Shown in pieces: positions 48,508 to 57,109 of a DNA stretch of 64,000 nucleotides. The stretch covers positions 2,176,001 to 2,240,000 of the forward strand of contig OZ245015.1 in NCBI GenBank assembly GCA_965223705.1, given 5' to 3'. The translations under genes were made by a program, and so were the position numbers. This DNA comes from Myxococcota bacterium. Its GTDB lineage: Bacteria; Myxococcota_A; UBA9160; UBA6930. Numbering within the stretch: position 1 is the stretch's first letter; the number at the start of each line of letters is the position of its first letter. The notes beneath the pieces are model-generated. The model ran no database searches, had not been told where the DNA came from, and saw only the letters and a program-made list of their open reading frames with translations.

Positions 48508-48909
48508 TCACCAGTGGCGCTTGGCCGGATGTCCCTTCCCCTTCTTGTGCCGATGTGAGTGGCGCTTCTTGGCCAGGCCGGGGGGTAGCGAATGCGTGAC
48601 ACGCGCCCAGTGTCCATCCAACCTCGCACTGCGGTACCAGAAACCGTGGGCCAAGCGGTAGAAGTGATCCCGATGGAAAAAGTGGTCCTCCAAGCCCACG
48701 ACGACGTACGCGCCGAGGTGTGTGTCGAAAACCAACTCGACTCCGTGGTGATGGTGCTTGTGGCGATACCCGTGCGCGGGCGCATGGGGCGGCGGACCCG
48801 GGTGTCTGACCGCAGGCGGCCCCGGACGTCCGTGATGATGATGAGGGACACATCCCGAAAGACCGAGAAGAAGCGTGAAGCAAAACATCGAGATGAAAAG
48901 GCGGATCAT
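48508..48909 (-). CDS. Histidine-rich lipoprotein
   Basis: LSGC lipobox; HHHH tracts, GPPPHAPAHGYR, LPPGLAKK. Confidence 0.8.
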   Translation of the reverse strand: MIRLFISMFCFTLLLGLSGCVPHHHHGRPGPPAVRHPGPPPHAPAHGYRHKHHHHGVELVFDTHLGAYVVVGLEDHFFHRDHFYRLAHGFWYRSARLDGHWARVTHSLPPGLAKKRHSHRHKKGKGHPAKRHW

Positions 48910-49095
48910 GTCGGAGCGACCTCGAAGAGATTTACCGCGTTCTATCGTCCGACCCGGGTTTCTGTTGGGGTGATTCAGCGCACAAATGGCGAGGTCGATC
49001 GGACGCGGATGTCCGAGACCTTCCGCGTCCGCCGGCCCGATCGGACATCGATGACCCGAATGCTGCTCGGACCCCGCTCAGGCGACGTTTTGCGG

Positions 49096-49112
49096 TTGGC
49101 ACGCGATCTGCA
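49096..49112 (+). promoter_or_regulatory. Sigma54 (-24/-12) promoter candidate
   Basis: TTGGCACGCGATCTGCA = GG-N10-GC, just upstream of ATG 49125. Confidence 0.65.
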
Positions 49113-49124
49113 CCCTCTTCGGCC

Positions 49125-49649
49125 ATGACACAACCCATTCGTCCAAAATCCATCCGGAACCGCACCGTCGTCTACGCCGATCCCCTTCTGTTTCGCCCGG
49201 CCGACGGCGCCGAGAGTTTGCAGCGTTATGTCCGCGAACTCGACGGACAAGGCGCCGACCCGTTCGTGCTGTTCGATGAAGAACCCGAACTCGAGAGCCT
49301 GTTCAGCGAGCTACCGGCTGAAGAAGTTCCGCTCCTCCGCCGCGAGGAAAAGGAGCATGGGAGCAAGGTCGCAGCGTTCGCCGACGCCCTCCTGGCAGAC
49401 ACCCTGGAGCTGGCTGTCGACGTCGACCGAGTACGAACGCCTCGGGGGGCCCGCTCGATGCTCCGCCAAACGGAGCTTCGATCGATGTTGGCCGCGGGAA
49501 CCGAGCGCGATGCGATCTCGTCCTGTCTGATCGCCGCCGACCGGGCGTTGACCCTTGGCATCGAGGCGGTGCGCGTCGGACACCCTCGCGCGCTGCTCGA
49601 AGATCGCGCGACCCGTATCCACGGGGACAACGCGAAGCTTGCTGCGTAG
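49125..49649 (+). CDS. Hypothetical protein, possible degenerate amino-acid-kinase fold
   Basis: Tail AADRALTLGIEAVRVG...LL...ATRI resembles the AAK C-terminus. Confidence 0.6.
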   Translation: MTQPIRPKSIRNRTVVYADPLLFRPADGAESLQRYVRELDGQGADPFVLFDEEPELESLFSELPAEEVPLLRREEKEHGSKVAAFADALLADTLELAVDVDRVRTPRGARSMLRQTELRSMLAAGTERDAISSCLIAADRALTLGIEAVRVGHPRALLEDRATRIHGDNAKLAA

Positions 49650-49708
49650 CGTGCGCGTGCGGTACGCCCCGGCCGGCAGGGCCGACCCGCGCTGGTAACA
49701 TTGCGTTC

Positions 49709-50728
49709 ATGGCGCGCCGCGAGACCGTCGAAGCGCGGTTCGCGACCCGTTGTCGGGTCGCCGCTGCACTGTTCGTAGCGCTCGCCTTCGGTCAAGTCGG
49801 ATGCGGCGGCCCTTCGACGTTGGGCACGATCGAACGGAAGGACCCGCGCCTCGACGCACTGCTGGCGCCGGACGCGCGGATCGAGATCCTGGCGGACGGG
49901 TATGACTGGGCGGAAGGCCCAGTCTGGGTGAAGCACGCCGGTTACTTGCTCTTCTCGGACGTCCCATCCAACCGGATCTGTCGGTGGAAACGGGGAGAAG
50001 GCGCGCGAACCTACCTGCGGCCGTCCGGCGGGTCGAATGGCCTCGCGATCGACACGGCCGGAAGACTCGTCCTCTGCCAACACGGCGACCGTCGACTTGC
50101 GCGGATGGAGGTGTCGCTCGAACGCCCCGCACCGCGGCACGTCACGCTCGCGGGAGAGTTCGAGGGCAAGCGCCTCAACAGCCCCAACGACCTGGTCTTC
50201 CACACGGATGGGGCCATCTATTTCACGGATCCACCCTACGGGCTGCCCAAGGGGATGGGCGACCCCGGAAAAGAGCTCGACTTCCAGGGGGTCTACCGAC
50301 TCGGAACGGACGGTGAGCTCACGCTTCTCACGAGAGAGATGACGCGGCCGAACGGGATCGGCTTGTCCCCGGACGAAAGGACGCTCTACGTGGCGAACTC
50401 GGATCCGATGCACGCCGCGTGGTATGCGTTCCCGGTCGAAGCGGACGGCACCCTCGGAGCCGGCCGGGTCTTTGCGGATTTCACGGCGCAGGTGGGAGGC
50501 GCGAAGGGCCTGCCGGACGGCCTCAAGGTCGACGAACAGGGCAACCTGTGGGCGACAGGGCCGGGAGGCGTGATCGTCTTCGCGCCCGACGGAACGCACC
50601 TAGGCACGCTGGCGACCGGCGAGGCCACCTCGAACTGCGCTTGGGGCGAGGACGGTTCGACGCTCTTTATTACCGCCGACCAGTATCTCGCTCGCATTCG
50701 CACACGCACCAAAGGCCTGCGCTTCTAG
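49709..50728 (+). CDS. SMP-30/gluconolactonase family protein
   Basis: WAEGPVW, SNGL, LNSPND, TDPPYG, PNGIGLSPDE, PDGLKVD. Confidence 0.93.
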   Translation: MARRETVEARFATRCRVAAALFVALAFGQVGCGGPSTLGTIERKDPRLDALLAPDARIEILADGYDWAEGPVWVKHAGYLLFSDVPSNRICRWKRGEGARTYLRPSGGSNGLAIDTAGRLVLCQHGDRRLARMEVSLERPAPRHVTLAGEFEGKRLNSPNDLVFHTDGAIYFTDPPYGLPKGMGDPGKELDFQGVYRLGTDGELTLLTREMTRPNGIGLSPDERTLYVANSDPMHAAWYAFPVEADGTLGAGRVFADFTAQVGGAKGLPDGLKVDEQGNLWATGPGGVIVFAPDGTHLGTLATGEATSNCAWGEDGSTLFITADQYLARIRTRTKGLRF

Positions 50729-52062
50729 TCGAGGCGCGTCGGTCGGAGCTCGATGAAGCTTCCGCTGTCGACCCACAGGAGGACGGACCCGTCGGCCAGC
50801 TGGACCAGGTCGCGGATCCGCTCGCCGATCGGGATAGCCTCCGAGAGCGCGACCCGGTCTTCGATCATGCGCAGCCGGAAGAGCGAGCGTCCGACCAGAG
50901 AGGCGACGAGGAGGTCGCCATCCCAAGCTTCCGGTTCGCGCTGGATCTGGATGACGTTCGAGACGCCGATCGACGGAGTCCATGCATAGACCGGCTGCGC
51001 GAACCCGTCGTGTCGACCCTGCCGGCGATTCAACGGCCACTCGAGCTTGCCGTAGTCGGTGCCGAGCGTGACGACCGGCCATCCGTAGTTTCCGCCGGAG
51101 ACGATCGCGTTCAGCTCGTCGCCGCCTTCGGGGCCGTGATCGGTGGCCCAGAGATTCCCGTCCCGGTCGAAGGTCAGGCCCTGCGGGTTGCGCAAACCCA
51201 TCGCGTGTACGGTCACATCGCCTGAGTCCGGATCGATCCGCAGGATCTTGCCGTAGCTCGACGTCTCGTCCTGGCTGGCGATCCGCGGCACCGTCACGCC
51301 GTCGTAGCGCTGGTCTCCGGTGCCTACGAGCAGCTTCCCGTCGGACGCGACGACGATCCGCCCCCCGGAATGGTCTGTGTTGAAGGGAGAGGGGTCGGCC
51401 GGATCGAACCCGATCCGCGGCCAGCTGTCGAAGACGACATCCCAGGCACGCGGTTCTGCGGTGAGCCGGCCCACCAGCAGCGTTCCGACGTCGGGAATGA
51501 GTAGCCGCGAGATGCGGAGCGACTTCTCCGCCGTGTCCGCGTGCCAGAACTGATGGGCGACAAACAAGTCGAGCCCGGCAGCGGTCTCACGGGCTGCGAT
51601 GCCCGCCACGCGCATGGTGACCGCGAGCCGCGCTCGGAGGGATTCTTCGGGAACGACGCGGGACACGTGCTCGAGAAAGGCCTGCCGGTTCGAATCGAGC
51701 CCGAGGTCGATCCGGCGGATCTCGCCCCCGCCCCGATAGACGAAGAACGTGCCGGCCCGGTCGACGCCCAGCACGGCATTCCGCACGCGTACCAAGCCGC
51801 CGCCGCGCCCCAGCAGGGCATCGGAGTCCGCTCCGGTGTAGGTCCTCGTCTCGAGCCGCAGAACGCTGGTCGCGATCGTCTGCGGACGGTCTGGCCGCTC
51901 CGGACCCTGCGGAAACAGGAGGCGCTCCGCCGCCCCGAGCTGGTGGTAGGGAAAGATTCGTTGGGTGATTACGAGCGCGCTGTAGAGCCCACCCAGGAGG
52001 AAGGCGGCCGCGACCGCTGCGCACCATCGCAATCGGCGGGTTCGGTGGCTGATGTCGGTCAC
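50725..52062 (-). CDS. PQQ-dependent sugar dehydrogenase (GSDH family), membrane-anchored
   Basis: HSGGRI, GKILRI, GLRNPQGL, DHGPEGGDELN, GGNYGWP. Confidence 0.88.
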   Translation of the reverse strand: MTDISHRTRRLRWCAAVAAAFLLGGLYSALVITQRIFPYHQLGAAERLLFPQGPERPDRPQTIATSVLRLETRTYTGADSDALLGRGGGLVRVRNAVLGVDRAGTFFVYRGGGEIRRIDLGLDSNRQAFLEHVSRVVPEESLRARLAVTMRVAGIAARETAAGLDLFVAHQFWHADTAEKSLRISRLLIPDVGTLLVGRLTAEPRAWDVVFDSWPRIGFDPADPSPFNTDHSGGRIVVASDGKLLVGTGDQRYDGVTVPRIASQDETSSYGKILRIDPDSGDVTVHAMGLRNPQGLTFDRDGNLWATDHGPEGGDELNAIVSGGNYGWPVVTLGTDYGKLEWPLNRRQGRHDGFAQPVYAWTPSIGVSNVIQIQREPEAWDGDLLVASLVGRSLFRLRMIEDRVALSEAIPIGERIRDLVQLADGSVLLWVDSGSFIELRPTRLD

Positions 52063-52161
52063 GCGCGGACCTCGAGATGCGATGGTGAGCGATGCCCAGG
52101 TGCAGCGAGCGTAAGGGAGAACCCAGGGCGGCGCCCAGTGCGTGGACTGCTCCGCGCGCGC

Positions 52162-53391
52162 TCATTGTCCGCCGCGTTTGAGAAGTTCCTTCAGCTTCTG
52201 GCCCGGGTCCGTCAGTTGCTCGGGGTCGATTCGTGCGCCTGTAGCAAGCAACTTTCGAACGGCTCGCATATCAGACCCGGAATTCGAGGCCACGGCCCCG
52301 CACAGTTCGCCGCCACGAAAATAGGCGGCCAACCAGCGTCCACTCTGACGCTCGCCTCGGTAGTACACGTCATCCTCGTCCGTTGGAAAGCCTGCCATCT
52401 GCAGGTTGACGTCGTACTGATCCGACCAGAACCACGGCACTTCTCGGTAGGCTTCGGGCTGTCCGCACAGGGTCCTGGCCGCGCATACGGATTGATTCTG
52501 TGCGACCTGCCAGGATTCGAGGCGTACGGGTTTCGGCGCCATGGGACTCGGGTGCCGGGTCACTTCGCCCGCAGCGAAGATGTCGGTCACCCCGGTCTCA
52601 CCGTATTCGTTGACGCCGATACCGTTCGAAAGATCGATCCCGGCACCCGCCGCGAATTCCGTGTTTGGAACGCCGCCGACACTCACCAGGGCGAAGGGCG
52701 TCGGAAAGTACTCACCTGTGTCGAGACGTACCCCTTCGAGACGATCGGCGCCGTCAAAGGACGCCACGTTGACCCCGCAACGAACCTCCACGCCGGAGTT
52801 TCGGTGGAGCGCGGCGAGGTAACCTCCGATCTCCGTGGGCAGAACCCGTTGTAGAACTTCCCCTTCCCGTTCGAGGACCGTGACCTCGAGCCCGCATCGC
52901 CGTGCACTCGCCGCAACCTCGAGGCCGAGGAATCCCCCGCCGACGACCACCAGACGCGATTCACTTCGCAACCGTTCGCGTATGCCGGCCGCGTCGCTCA
53001 TGTCGCGCAGAGTAAACACGCCCTCGAGCGTGATACCGGGAAGATCCAACGTTCGAGCCCGGGAGCCCGTCGCGAGGAGTAGACGGTCGTAAGACAGCTC
53101 GACCCCGTCGTCGCACTCGAGGCGATGCCGAGCGGGTTCGATTTTAGCGACGCGCGCCCCCATCCGAAGGTCGATGCGCTCACTCGAGAAGAACTCCGGG
53201 GGAAGGACATGGCTCGGTGGGTGCGAACCGTCGCTCGTCAGGAACTCCTTCGAAAGCGGAGGCCGCTCGTAGGGAGTGGTCCGCTCATCGCCGATCAGTT
53301 TGATGGGACCTTCGTATCCCGCGCCTCGCATCGCCTGCGCCGCGCGCGCTCCGGCCTGCCCCGCCCCGACAATGACGAATCCCGCGTTCAT
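52162..53391 (-). CDS. FAD-dependent ferredoxin reductase (GR-type)
   Basis: GAGQAG, YERPPLSK, ATG, GGGFLGLE, PWFWSDQY; GGAGG RBS. Confidence 0.92.
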   Translation of the reverse strand: MNAGFVIVGAGQAGARAAQAMRGAGYEGPIKLIGDERTTPYERPPLSKEFLTSDGSHPPSHVLPPEFFSSERIDLRMGARVAKIEPARHRLECDDGVELSYDRLLLATGSRARTLDLPGITLEGVFTLRDMSDAAGIRERLRSESRLVVVGGGFLGLEVAASARRCGLEVTVLEREGEVLQRVLPTEIGGYLAALHRNSGVEVRCGVNVASFDGADRLEGVRLDTGEYFPTPFALVSVGGVPNTEFAAGAGIDLSNGIGVNEYGETGVTDIFAAGEVTRHPSPMAPKPVRLESWQVAQNQSVCAARTLCGQPEAYREVPWFWSDQYDVNLQMAGFPTDEDDVYYRGERQSGRWLAAYFRGGELCGAVASNSGSDMRAVRKLLATGARIDPEQLTDPGQKLKELLKRGGQ

Positions 53392-53444
53392 GTGGTGTCC
53401 TCCCGATCGATGAAGGAAGTGTCGAGTCTCAAGGCCGGCACGCG

Positions 53445-53489
53445 CTACACGAAAATGGGTAGCCAAGTGACCCACCCATTTGGGTGGGT
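53445..53489 (-). promoter_or_regulatory. Tandem palindromic operator pair upstream of the reductase
   Basis: Perfect ACCCACCCA-TT-TGGGTGGGT (53470-53489) plus CTACACGA-AA-ATGGGTAG (53445-53462); centres 26 bp apart. Confidence 0.6.
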
Positions 53490-53542
53490 GGCAAGCGAGT
53501 CGACGCAAGGTAGTCTCGAGCGAACCGCCACGCGGGGCTTTG

Positions 53543-55174
53543 ATGACGGACTCCCTGCCCGAAACAAGCCATGGGATGGCGTCTCGAGTGGAGCGTTACG
53601 CCTGGGAGACGACGGCACTCGGACCCTCCTCAGATTGGTCGGCAGCACTCCGAACTGCAGTCGATTTGTGTCTCGGCTCTCGTCTATGCGGTTGCATCTA
53701 CTGGGGAGAGGAGCAGCTCATCCTCTACAACGACGCCTATGCATCGATCCTCGGCACGAAACATCCGTGGGCGTTGGGACGGCCTGCGGCTCTGGTGTGG
53801 CCTGAGATCTTCCACGAGATTGGCCCGTTGCTCCGCCATACGTTCGCCACCGGCGAAACGACAGGGGACGACGACGCCCCGTTGTTCCTGAACCGCTCCG
53901 GTTATGTGGAAGAGTTCTACTGTTCCTTCAGCTATACCTCGCTCGTCAACGAGCGAGGCGAAGTCGAAGCGGTGTGCGCCACGCTCCCCGAAACCTCGGC
54001 ACAAGTCATTGGTGAACGTCGACTCCGCACGCTCGAGCAGCTGGCGTCGGGTGCACGCGATGCCCGATCGGCGCGAGAAGCGATGGCGGTTGCTGCAAAG
54101 ATCACCCAAGAAAACCTGTTCGACATTCCCTTCGCGACGTTTTACCTATGGAACGTCTCAAAGAGCGAAGCCCAGCTCTGTGCGACCTCTGGCGTGGATG
54201 CGAATCGGCCCTTCGCATGGCCGTCCATCCGCCGCGGTGCTGAGGGTATGGCGGGGGTCCTGGCGGATCTCGCACGTCGAGCCTCGGTCTCGGGTGACAC
54301 CGAGCGTTTCGACTTGCCACGCGACGCGATCGACGTTCCAAAGGGCGCTTGGGAAGTCCCACCGAACTCGCTCGTCGTGTTGCCGATCTGCGCTGTGCGG
54401 GACGGGGAGCCTTCTGGCTTTGTGTTGACAGGCGTGAGTCCCCACAAACGACTCGATTCCGAGTACCTAGGCTTCTTCCAGATGCTTCGCGACCAGGTGT
54501 CGGCCGCGGTTTCGGAAGCGCACTCTCACTCGCAACAAGAGTCCCGCGCGCGCCACGACGAACGGCTCAGGCTGGCGCGCGAACTTCACGATACGCTCCT
54601 TCAAAGCGTGCAAGGGATGCGCTTCCTGATCGAAGCCGGTGTGGCGAAGGCCGACTCGGACCTTCCCGGATCGCTCGCTTACTTCGACCGGGCGCTCGAC
54701 GCATCGATTCGCGCCGTGGACGAAGGGCGCGAGGTCCTGGCCCTCCTCCGCGCTCCACAACCTCCGAGCGAACTCGAGCTTCCGGCAGCGCTCGAGCGAT
54801 TGGGACGCGACCTGCTCGGGGGGGCGGCGCCGCGTTTTCGGTTCGCCGTGCGAGGCGAGCCGCGTGAACTCGACCCGGCCGAACGGGACGAAGTGTTGGC
54901 GGTGTGTCGCGAGTCGATCGCGAATGCCCTCCACCACGCGTCTGCAGGCGTGATCTCCCTCGAGCTCGAGTTTTCGGATCGGATCCGGATCGAAGTCTCG
55001 GACGACGGGACCGGGATGCCCGCCGAGGTCGCCGCGCTCGGAAGGCGAGGACACTATGGCCTCGCAGGTATGCGAGAACGCGCAGAGGGCATTGGCGCAG
55101 AACTCATCATCGCGTCACAGCCGGGCGCGGGTACACGCGTCACCCTGAGGCTACCCAGGCGGGCAAACGACTGA
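53543..55174 (+). CDS. Cytoplasmic sensor histidine kinase (PAS/GAF-like + HisKA_3 + HATPase)
   Basis: YNDAY..ILG.KHP.ALG PAS-like; ERLRLARELHD; ESIANALHH, DDGTG, GHYGLAGMRERA. Confidence 0.92.
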   Translation: MTDSLPETSHGMASRVERYAWETTALGPSSDWSAALRTAVDLCLGSRLCGCIYWGEEQLILYNDAYASILGTKHPWALGRPAALVWPEIFHEIGPLLRHTFATGETTGDDDAPLFLNRSGYVEEFYCSFSYTSLVNERGEVEAVCATLPETSAQVIGERRLRTLEQLASGARDARSAREAMAVAAKITQENLFDIPFATFYLWNVSKSEAQLCATSGVDANRPFAWPSIRRGAEGMAGVLADLARRASVSGDTERFDLPRDAIDVPKGAWEVPPNSLVVLPICAVRDGEPSGFVLTGVSPHKRLDSEYLGFFQMLRDQVSAAVSEAHSHSQQESRARHDERLRLARELHDTLLQSVQGMRFLIEAGVAKADSDLPGSLAYFDRALDASIRAVDEGREVLALLRAPQPPSELELPAALERLGRDLLGGAAPRFRFAVRGEPRELDPAERDEVLAVCRESIANALHHASAGVISLELEFSDRIRIEVSDDGTGMPAEVAALGRRGHYGLAGMRERAEGIGAELIIASQPGAGTRVTLRLPRRAND

Positions 55175-55176
55175 AG

Positions 55177-55806
55177 ATGACTACCTCACAACCGATTCGC
55201 GTCCTCTGTGTCGACGACCACCCGGTGGTCCTGCAGGGAATCTCCGCCGTGTTGTCGACCGATCCGTCTTTCGAGGTCGTGGCCGTGGCGACCAGTGGAG
55301 AGGAGGCGGTCGATGCGTTTCGCCAGCATGCGCCCGACGTCACGCTCCTCGATTTACACCTTCCGGGGATGTCGGGTGTGGATACCATCGTCGAGATTCG
55401 AAACCGCGCCCCGGACGCAAAGATTGTCATGCTGACGACAGAAGCCGGCGACGCGCAGATCCAGCGAAGCCTCAACGCCGGTGCGATGGCGTACGTGTTG
55501 AAAGACGTGGCCATGGCCGAACTCTTTGACATCCTCCGCGCAGTCAACGCAGGCGAGCGTCGTATCCCGGGCGCCGTCGCCGCAGAGGTCGCTTCCCACA
55601 TCACCGACGCACCGCTCACTTACCGCGAGACACAGATCACCCGACTGATCGCAAACGGAATGCGGAACAAGGCCATTGCCGCGGAGCTGTCGATCTCGGA
55701 CGAGACCGTCAAGATGCACGTCAAGAATCTGATGGCCAAGCTCGGTGCCCGCGACCGTACGCACGCCGTGACGATCGCCATCCGTCGCGGCTTCATCAGC
55801 CTCTAG
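55177..55806 (+). CDS. NarL/LuxR family response regulator
   Basis: VDDHPVV, PDVTLLDL, LT.RE...IANG..NKAIA..L.IS.ETVK.H. Confidence 0.94.
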   Translation: MTTSQPIRVLCVDDHPVVLQGISAVLSTDPSFEVVAVATSGEEAVDAFRQHAPDVTLLDLHLPGMSGVDTIVEIRNRAPDAKIVMLTTEAGDAQIQRSLNAGAMAYVLKDVAMAELFDILRAVNAGERRIPGAVAAEVASHITDAPLTYRETQITRLIANGMRNKAIAAELSISDETVKMHVKNLMAKLGARDRTHAVTIAIRRGFISL

Positions 55807-55828
55807 CTCAGGTTCACTCGAAACCGGC

Positions 55829-55871
55829 TTCCCCATCTGGGGAATTCACGACCCTCCCCGTCCGCGGGTAG
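55829..55871 (+). promoter_or_regulatory. Tandem palindromic operator pair upstream of the Rieske oxygenase
   Basis: Perfect TTCCCCA-TC-TGGGGAA (55829-55844) plus CTCCCCGT-CC-GCGGGTAG (55854-55871); centres 26 bp apart. Confidence 0.6.
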
Positions 55872-55945
55872 CGGCCCGAGGCATATTCGACCGAGCCTTT
55901 GAGGGCGGCGAACCACGGCCACCAAAACGGCCTACGAGGGAAATC

Positions 55946-57109
55946 ATGTCCAAGACCGAGACGAATGGAAGCCTACCCTACGACCCCAAGACGATCGGCT
56001 ACAGCGTCCTGAAAGACGCGCCGGACGTCGCGAAAACCCACAAGAAGGGAGAGGTCTACTTCTCCGATGACATCATGCGTCGTGAAGTCAACGAGATCTT
56101 CATGAAGCAGTGGGTGTTGGTGGGACGCGCCGAGGAGGTTGAGAACCCCGGCGACTACTTCACCCATCGGATCGCGGACGAACCCATCGTCGTCGTGAAG
56201 GAGCGAAACGGAACGATCCAGACCTTCGCCAACGTGTGCCGCCATCGCGGGGTGCAGGTGGCGTGGAACTCCGGAAACGCCAAGTACTTTACGTGCCCAT
56301 ATCACGGCTGGGTCTACAACACGAGCGGCAAGCTCGTCGACGCCCAGTACCTCGACAAAACCAAGAACTTCGACAAGAGCAAGTGTGAGCTTCCCCGCAT
56401 CCGAACGGAACAGTGGGAAGGTTTCATCTTCATCAACTTCGATCCGAACGCCGAGCCGTTGATGGAGCACCTCGAGCGCTGCGACTTCCCTCGGATCTAC
56501 GGCCCGTATCAAATGGGCCGACTCAAACTGGCCAACAAGTTCGAGTTGAAGATCGACTGCAATTGGAAATTCTTGAACGAGAACCTCACGGACATCTACC
56601 ACATCGCCGTTCTGCACAGCGGAACCTTCGGACCGTACCAGCCACTTGAGGGCTACCGCTACGAAGTCTTCGATGGCGGCTATCACGGGCGCTTCGAGGG
56701 CGGGACGCTCGCCCCGGACGGCAAGTCCCTGTTCGGACCGATGCCCTGGTTGCCCGAGGGACTCCACAGCGGCGGCTTCTCGAGTCATCTGCCTCCGAAC
56801 GTCGCGTGGTTCCCTCGCTTCGACTACGTCTCGATCAATACGAACTGGCCGATCACGGCGGAGACAAGCCTGTCGATCACCTACCAGTTGTTTCCGGAGG
56901 AGCATTTCGAACAGCCCGACTTCGAAGAAAAGGCGCAGGAGTATGTGAATTTCTACAAGGCTTTTATGGACGAAGACACGGAGATGATTCGCGCGCTGCA
57001 GAAAGGCATGCGATCCCGCTACTACGAGCCGGGTCCGGTGTCGTCTTTCGAAGAGGGCGGCGTGATGGGCACGATCAAGCACAGCATCGAGGATCTCGGC
57101 CATGACTAG
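55946..57109 (+). CDS. Rieske non-heme iron oxygenase alpha subunit (choline-monooxygenase/GbcA-like group)
   Basis: CRHRG...CPYHGW; NWK...EN..D.YH....H; ED....LQKG. Confidence 0.92.
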   Translation: MSKTETNGSLPYDPKTIGYSVLKDAPDVAKTHKKGEVYFSDDIMRREVNEIFMKQWVLVGRAEEVENPGDYFTHRIADEPIVVVKERNGTIQTFANVCRHRGVQVAWNSGNAKYFTCPYHGWVYNTSGKLVDAQYLDKTKNFDKSKCELPRIRTEQWEGFIFINFDPNAEPLMEHLERCDFPRIYGPYQMGRLKLANKFELKIDCNWKFLNENLTDIYHIAVLHSGTFGPYQPLEGYRYEVFDGGYHGRFEGGTLAPDGKSLFGPMPWLPEGLHSGGFSSHLPPNVAWFPRFDYVSINTNWPITAETSLSITYQLFPEEHFEQPDFEEKAQEYVNFYKAFMDEDTEMIRALQKGMRSRYYEPGPVSSFEEGGVMGTIKHSIEDLGHD

